Origin: Escherichia coli
GTDB taxonomy: Bacteria > Pseudomonadota > Gammaproteobacteria > Enterobacterales > Enterobacteriaceae
DNA length: 24,000 nt
Strand: one strand, 5' to 3'
Assembly: GCF_022493555.1 (NCBI RefSeq)
Contig: NZ_CP028757.1
Both the position numbers and the translations under genes were made by a program. Positions 19,443 through 24,000 of the stretch are shown here, one piece after another. Within the stretch, counting starts at the first letter, position 1. Each line of letters starts with the position of its first letter. Under the pieces are notes generated by a model, which was not told where the DNA came from, ran no database searches, and was given only the letters and a program-made list of their open reading frames with translations.

Positions 19443-20231
19443 TCAGGCAGCTTTCGCGTTCTCTTCGATGCGATTAATGCTGCGGTAGAGATGGTCAAAA
19501 CGTTCGTTATCAAACTGTTGGCTGCTGCCGTCGTAGAAAACGTGCCCCTGGCGCAGGGCGACGATGCGTTCGCAGTAGCGCAGGGCGTAATCCACCTGAT
19601 GCAGCGTGACGACCACGGTGATGCCGTCGTTCTGATTGATGTCGCGCAGGGTGTCCATCACGATGCGGGCGGATTCCGGGTCCAGCGAGGCGATGGGTTC
19701 ATCGGCCAGAATCACCTTCGCCTGCTGCATCAGCGCGCGGGCAATCGCCACACGCTGCTGCTGTCCGCCGGAGAGGGTGGAAACGCGCTGATGGGCAAAA
19801 TGCACCATGCCAACGCGGGTCAGCGCCTGTAACGCGCGCTGTTTCTGCTCGCCGGTGAACCAGCTAAAACAGGTGCGCCAGAACGGCGTGCTGCCGAGCG
19901 CGCCAATCAGCACGTTCTCCAGTACGCTCAGGCGGTTCACCAGGTTGAATTGTTGGAAGATGTAGCCGGTGTTGGCGCGGCTTTTGCGGATATCGCGCGC
20001 CAGACGGCCTTCGCGCTGGACTGTGCGGCCCAGCAGCTCGATATGGCTGCCGGCGGATTTATCGCCGGTAATCAAACCGCTTAAGTGACGTAAAAGGGTG
20101 GATTTGCCGGAACCCGACGGCCCAAGCAGAGCCACCATTTCACCGTGATGAATGTTCAGATCAACCGCATGCAGCGCCTGATGCTGATTGAAGGTTTTGG
20201 CGAGCTTCTCGACACGGATAATCGTTTGCAT
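19443..20231 (-). CDS. phnC: Phosphonate ABC transporter ATP-binding protein
   Basis: 262-aa ORF: Walker [27 protein letters not shown], Walker [13 protein letters not shown]. Confidence 0.97.
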   Translation of the reverse strand: MQTIIRVEKLAKTFNQHQALHAVDLNIHHGEMVALLGPSGSGKSTLLRHLSGLITGDKSAGSHIELLGRTVQREGRLARDIRKSRANTGYIFQQFNLVNRLSVLENVLIGALGSTPFWRTCFSWFTGEQKQRALQALTRVGMVHFAHQRVSTLSGGQQQRVAIARALMQQAKVILADEPIASLDPESARIVMDTLRDINQNDGITVVVTLHQVDYALRYCERIVALRQGHVFYDGSSQQFDNERFDHLYRSINRIEENAKAA

Positions 20232-20290
20232 GATGCAGCCTCCCTAAAAAAGTGGCTCCATCGTGGCGGATTATTGTGACGATTTGGTTA

Positions 20291-20308
20291 ATTAAAAGTG
20301 ACTAACAG
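20291..20308 (-). promoter_or_regulatory. Candidate PhoB (Pho box) site upstream of phnC
   Basis: Minus strand CTGTTAGTCACTTTTAAT resembles the consensus CTGTCAT-AWAW-CTGTMAY (two 7-mers spaced by 4 nt), about 60 nt upstream of the phnC start. Confidence 0.7.
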
Positions 20309-20339
20309 ATGAAGAGTTAACGGGAATTCGATGACAGTG

Positions 20340-20358
20340 CGGGAGGGCGGGCCTCCCG
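20340..20358 (-). terminator. GC-rich hairpin downstream of yjdN (possible terminator, no clear U-tract)
   Basis: CGGGAGG-CCCGC-CCTCCCG stem-loop just after the yjdN stop; the following bases CACTGTCATCG are not U-rich. Confidence 0.4.
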
Positions 20359-20363
20359 GCGGG

Positions 20364-20807
20364 TTATTGCGTTGGTTGTTGTTTGACGACATTAATCATC
20401 CACGGTACGCCAAATTTATCGGTGACTTTGCCAAAGCCATGCGCCCAGAAAGTTTCCTGCCAGGCCATTTCGATTTTTCCGTTAGCGGCAAGATTGTCAA
20501 ACCAGCGTTTTCCTTCTTCGACCTGTTGCGAATCGAGCACCAGCGTAAAGCCGGAGTAGCTGGCTTTTCCTGACGGTATAGCATCGCTCATCATGATGTC
20601 GCTTCCGGCAATGCGCACGTTGGCGTGGGCGATGGCGGTATCGGGAAATTGCATTCCGGAAGGGCAGTTCTCGGCGCTGTCCTGCGCTGATTTTGGCATT
20701 TCGCCGAAGCTGATTTTATAGAGCAGTTCAGCGCCCAACGTACGTTGATAATAAGCAATTGCGTCGGCACAGTTACCGGCAAAAGAGAGGTAGGGACTTA
20801 ACGGCAT
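20364..20807 (-). CDS. yjdN: VOC/glyoxalase-superfamily metalloprotein YjdN (formerly PhnB)
   Basis: 147-aa ORF MPLSPYLSFAGNCADAIAYYQRTLGAELLYKISFGEMP...VNVVKQQPTQ-type sequence; glyoxalase/PhnB-like pattern. Confidence 0.93.
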   Translation of the reverse strand: MPLSPYLSFAGNCADAIAYYQRTLGAELLYKISFGEMPKSAQDSAENCPSGMQFPDTAIAHANVRIAGSDIMMSDAIPSGKASYSGFTLVLDSQQVEEGKRWFDNLAANGKIEMAWQETFWAHGFGKVTDKFGVPWMINVVKQQPTQ

Positions 20808-20872
20808 GATGGTGACCTCAGTTAAGAGAAGCCAGTTAAGTGTAGTTCGAAATTTATACAGATGAGAGAGAA

Positions 20873-20952
20873 GCCTGATAAGACGCGGTCAGCGTCGCAT
20901 CAGGCAGTCGGCATCGTTGCCGGATGCGGCGCGAGCGCCTTATCCGGCTTAC
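20873..20952. repeat. Pair of REP/PU-type palindromic units between yjdN and yjdM
   Basis: gcctgataagacgcggtcagcgtcgcatcaggca and tgccggatgcggcgcgagcgccttatccggcttac. Confidence 0.9.
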
Positions 20953-20966
20953 CGATCACAATACAA

Positions 20967-21302
20967 TCAGTTCTTTTTCACAAACTCAGATTTCAGTTTC
21001 ATCGGACCAAAACCGTCGATTTTGCAATCGATGTTATGGTCGCCTTCAACCAGGCGGATGTTTTTCACTTTGGTGCCAATTTTCAGCATCGAAGAGCTAC
21101 CTTTCACCTTCAGATCTTTAATGATGGTAACGCTGTCGCCGTCAGCCAGCAGATTGCCGTTAGCATCTTTAACGATCAGCTCGTCGCTTTCCTGTGCAGG
21201 TTCTGCGTCGTTCCATTCGTAGGCACATTCCGGGCAGATGTACATGCCGTTATCTTCGTAAGTGTATTCGGAGTTGCATTTTGGGCAGTGTGGTAATGAC
21301 AT
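20967..21302 (-). CDS. yjdM: Zinc-ribbon protein YjdM (formerly PhnA), 111 aa from [13 protein letters not shown]
   Basis: CPKC...CPEC zinc ribbon and [27 protein letters not shown] domain. The track ORF's first 49 codons are upstream non-native extension. Confidence 0.94.
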
Positions 21303-21703
21303 GTGGATTTCCTCAAAAGTCAGCAGGGCAAAAGCGCCAAAAAACGGCAGATTGCCGAAAAAGGCCGCAATTATACACAAAATCCCTGAGTTTGTCGGGG
21401 GTACTGCTGATTTTAGACGACGATCGTTTTCATTTGAAAGGAAACGCAAAAAGAAAATAATCTTTTTGCCTCTATTTATTATTTAAGATAATGTTAATGC
21501 TCTACTTGTTCTTTTTTTTATTCACATGATATTTTTATCTTTCTGACGTTTTAAACGTATCAGAAGACGTTATTTATTCTGATAAAAAACAACACACTAA
21601 ATATAAAATTATTTCTTGCAGTAATTATAAAAGCCGAAAACAGAACTCAAAAACAATCTGGCTAAATAAAAGTAACAAAATTTGCTTTAAGGAAGAATTT
21701 TCT

Positions 21704-23932
21704 ATGTACACACAGACCCTGTATGAGTTAAGTCAGGAGGCTGAACGCCTGTTACAGCTTTCTCGCCAACAGTTGCAGTTACTGGAAAAAATGCCTCTCT
21801 CTGTACCCGGAGACGACGCGCCACAACTGGCTTTACCCTGGAGTCAGCCTAATATCGCCGAACGTCACGCGATGCTGAATAATGAGTTGCGTAAAATTTC
21901 CCGACTGGAAATGGTGCTGGCAATTGTCGGTACCATGAAAGCAGGGAAATCAACTACCATTAATGCCATTGTTGGTACGGAGGTTCTGCCTAATCGTAAT
22001 CGCCCAATGACTGCGCTGCCGACGCTTATTCGCCATACGCCCGGGCAAAAGGAACCGGTATTGCATTTTTCACATGTCGCGCCAATCGATTGTTTAATTC
22101 AACAATTACAACAGCGCCTGCGTGATTGCGATATTAAGCATCTGACCGATGTGCTGGAAATAGATAAAGATATGCGTGCGCTTATGCAGCGGATCGAAAA
22201 TGGCGTCGCTTTCGAAAAATATTATCTGGGTGCCCAGCCTATTTTTCATTGTCTGAAAAGTTTGAATGATTTAGTGCGACTGGCGAAGGCGCTGGACGTC
22301 GATTTTCCTTTTTCTGCTTACGCCGCCATTGAGCATATTCCCGTGATTGAAGTGGAGTTTGTCCATCTGGCGGGGCTGGAGAGTTATCCCGGTCAGTTGA
22401 CGTTACTGGATACCCCCGGGCCAAATGAAGCCGGGCAACCGCATCTGCAAAAAATGCTTAACCAGCAGCTGGCACGCGCCTCGGCGGTACTGGCGGTGCT
22501 GGATTATACGCAACTGAAATCGATCTCCGATGAAGAGGTCCGTGAGGCGATTTTGGCGGTGGGGCAATCGGTGCCGCTGTATTTGCTGGTCAATAAGTTC
22601 GATCAACAGGATCGTAACAGTGACGACGCCGACCAGGTGCGGGCACTGATTTCCGGGACGCTGATGAAAGGCTGTATTACGCCACAGCAGATATTTCCGG
22701 TGTCGTCGATGTGGGGCTACCTGGCGAATCGGGCGCGCTATGAGTTAGCCAACAACGGTAAGTTACCAGCGCCAGAGCAACAACGCTGGGTGGAAGATTT
22801 TGCCCATGCCGCGCTCGGCAGGCGCTGGCGTCATGCCGATCTGGCGGACCTCGAACATATTCGTCATGCTGCCGATCAGTTGTGGGAAGATTCGCTGTTC
22901 GCCCAGCCAATTCAGGCGTTGCTTCATGCCGCTTACGCTAACGCCTCGTTGTATGCTCTGCGATCTGCTGCGCATAAACTGTTGAATTACGCGCAGCAGG
23001 CGCGGGAATACCTGGATTTTCGTGCGCACGGGTTAAACGTCGCTTGTGAACAATTGCGGCAAAATATCCATCAGGTCGAAGAAAGTTTGCAGCTATTGCA
23101 ACTCAATCAGGCGCAGGTGAGCGGCGAGATTAAACATGAAATCGAGCTGGCCCTGACCTCCGCCAACCACTTTCTGCGTCAACAACAAGATGCGCTGAAT
23201 GCGCAGTTAGCCGCCTTGTTTCAGGATGATTCGGAGCCGTTAAGCGAGATTCGTACCCGCTGTGAGACACTGTTACAGACGGCGCAGAACACCATCAGTC
23301 GCGACTTTACGCTGCGTTTTGCCGAGCTGGAATCTACCCTTTGCCGGGTGTTAACCGATGTTATTCGCCCCATTGAGCAACAAGTCAAAATGGAATTGAG
23401 CGAGTCAGGGTTTCGTCCTGGGTTTCATTTTCCTGTTTTTCACGGCGCAGTTCCCCACTTCAACACTCGCCAGCTGTTCAGTGAAGTCATTTCGCGCCAG
23501 GAAGCAACGGACGAGCAGAGCACGCGTTTAGGCGTTGTGCGTGAGACTTTTTCGCGCTGGTTGAATCAGCCCGACTGGGGACGGGGAAATGAGAAATCAC
23601 CGACAGAAACGGTTGATTACAGTGTGTTGCAACGAGCATTAAGCGCAGAAGTCGATCTCTATTGCCAACAAATGGCTAAAGTTCTGGCAGAGCAGGTCGA
23701 TGAATCTGTTACGGCAGGCATGAATACTTTTTTCGCTGAGTTCGCTTCATGTTTGACGGAATTACAGACGCGTTTACGCGAAAGTCTGGCTCTGCGTCAA
23801 CAAAATGAATCGGTGGTCAGGCTGATGCAGCAGCAATTGCAGCAGACTGTGATGACTCACGGCTGGATTTACACCGACGCCCAGCTGTTACGCGATGATA
23901 TTCAAACACTTTTCACGGCAGAACGATATTGA
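21704..23932 (+). CDS. crfC: Dynamin-like GTPase CrfC (YjdA)
   Basis: 742-aa ORF: G1 GTMKAGKST, G3 DTPG, G4 NKFD; long helical C-terminus. Confidence 0.95.
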   Translation: MYTQTLYELSQEAERLLQLSRQQLQLLEKMPLSVPGDDAPQLALPWSQPNIAERHAMLNNELRKISRLEMVLAIVGTMKAGKSTTINAIVGTEVLPNRNRPMTALPTLIRHTPGQKEPVLHFSHVAPIDCLIQQLQQRLRDCDIKHLTDVLEIDKDMRALMQRIENGVAFEKYYLGAQPIFHCLKSLNDLVRLAKALDVDFPFSAYAAIEHIPVIEVEFVHLAGLESYPGQLTLLDTPGPNEAGQPHLQKMLNQQLARASAVLAVLDYTQLKSISDEEVREAILAVGQSVPLYLLVNKFDQQDRNSDDADQVRALISGTLMKGCITPQQIFPVSSMWGYLANRARYELANNGKLPAPEQQRWVEDFAHAALGRRWRHADLADLEHIRHAADQLWEDSLFAQPIQALLHAAYANASLYALRSAAHKLLNYAQQAREYLDFRAHGLNVACEQLRQNIHQVEESLQLLQLNQAQVSGEIKHEIELALTSANHFLRQQQDALNAQLAALFQDDSEPLSEIRTRCETLLQTAQNTISRDFTLRFAELESTLCRVLTDVIRPIEQQVKMELSESGFRPGFHFPVFHGAVPHFNTRQLFSEVISRQEATDEQSTRLGVVRETFSRWLNQPDWGRGNEKSPTETVDYSVLQRALSAEVDLYCQQMAKVLAEQVDESVTAGMNTFFAEFASCLTELQTRLRESLALRQQNESVVRLMQQQLQQTVMTHGWIYTDAQLLRDDIQTLFTAERY

Positions 23933-24000
23933 CCAAGACGTTACTTGACGGCCCCGGTCGCGTGCTGGAGTCGGTTTATCCCCGCTTTTTAGTGGATCTG
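23929..24000 (+). CDS. yjcZ: Start of YjcZ, truncated by window end; TTG start overlapping the crfC stop
   Basis: From TTG at 23929: (M)TKTLLDGPGRVLESVYPRFLVDL, open to the window end; overlap TTGA with the crfC stop. Confidence 0.75.
   Translation, partial: MTKTLLDGPGRVLESVYPRFLVDL

Noticed and set aside
20917-21222. Plus-strand [22 protein letters not shown]...
   Set aside because: Starts in REP sequence and runs antisense to yjdM; artefact.
1-24000. CRISPR arrays, prophage, transposons, toxin-antitoxin or defence islands
   Set aside because: I saw no regularly spaced direct repeats, transposase/integrase motifs, tRNA genes or defence-type gene clusters; known genes fill nearly the whole window. 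CrfC is dynamin-like, but this is its normal chromosomal context and gives no evidence of an anti-phage cassette.

Overview
This window looks like an Escherichia coli chromosomal segment and is almost completely explained by known genes. In order: the 5' part of fdhF (selenoprotein formate dehydrogenase H, with in-frame UGA and SECIS); mdtP-mdtO-mdtN (efflux system); ytcA; yjcS (alkylsulfatase); a short rpiB remnant; yjdP; the complete phn carbon-phosphorus lyase operon phnC-D-E-F-G-H-I-J-K-L-M-N-O-P (minus strand); yjdN (old phnB); yjdM (old phnA); crfC/yjdA (dynamin-like GTPase); and the first codons of yjcZ. I find no convincing previously undescribed system. The points most worth a second look are: (1) from memory of the K-12 gene order, the allose (als) operon expected between yjcS and rpiB is missing, and only an internally deleted rpiB is left; (2) two long, GC-rich, palindrome-like intergenic elements in inverted orientation, one inside the phn operon between phnL and phnK and the other between yjdP and phnP, bracketing phnLMNOP; (3) an intact phnE reading frame, where K-12 MG1655 carries a cryptic frameshifted allele. 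All family names come from sequence recognition; no database search was run.
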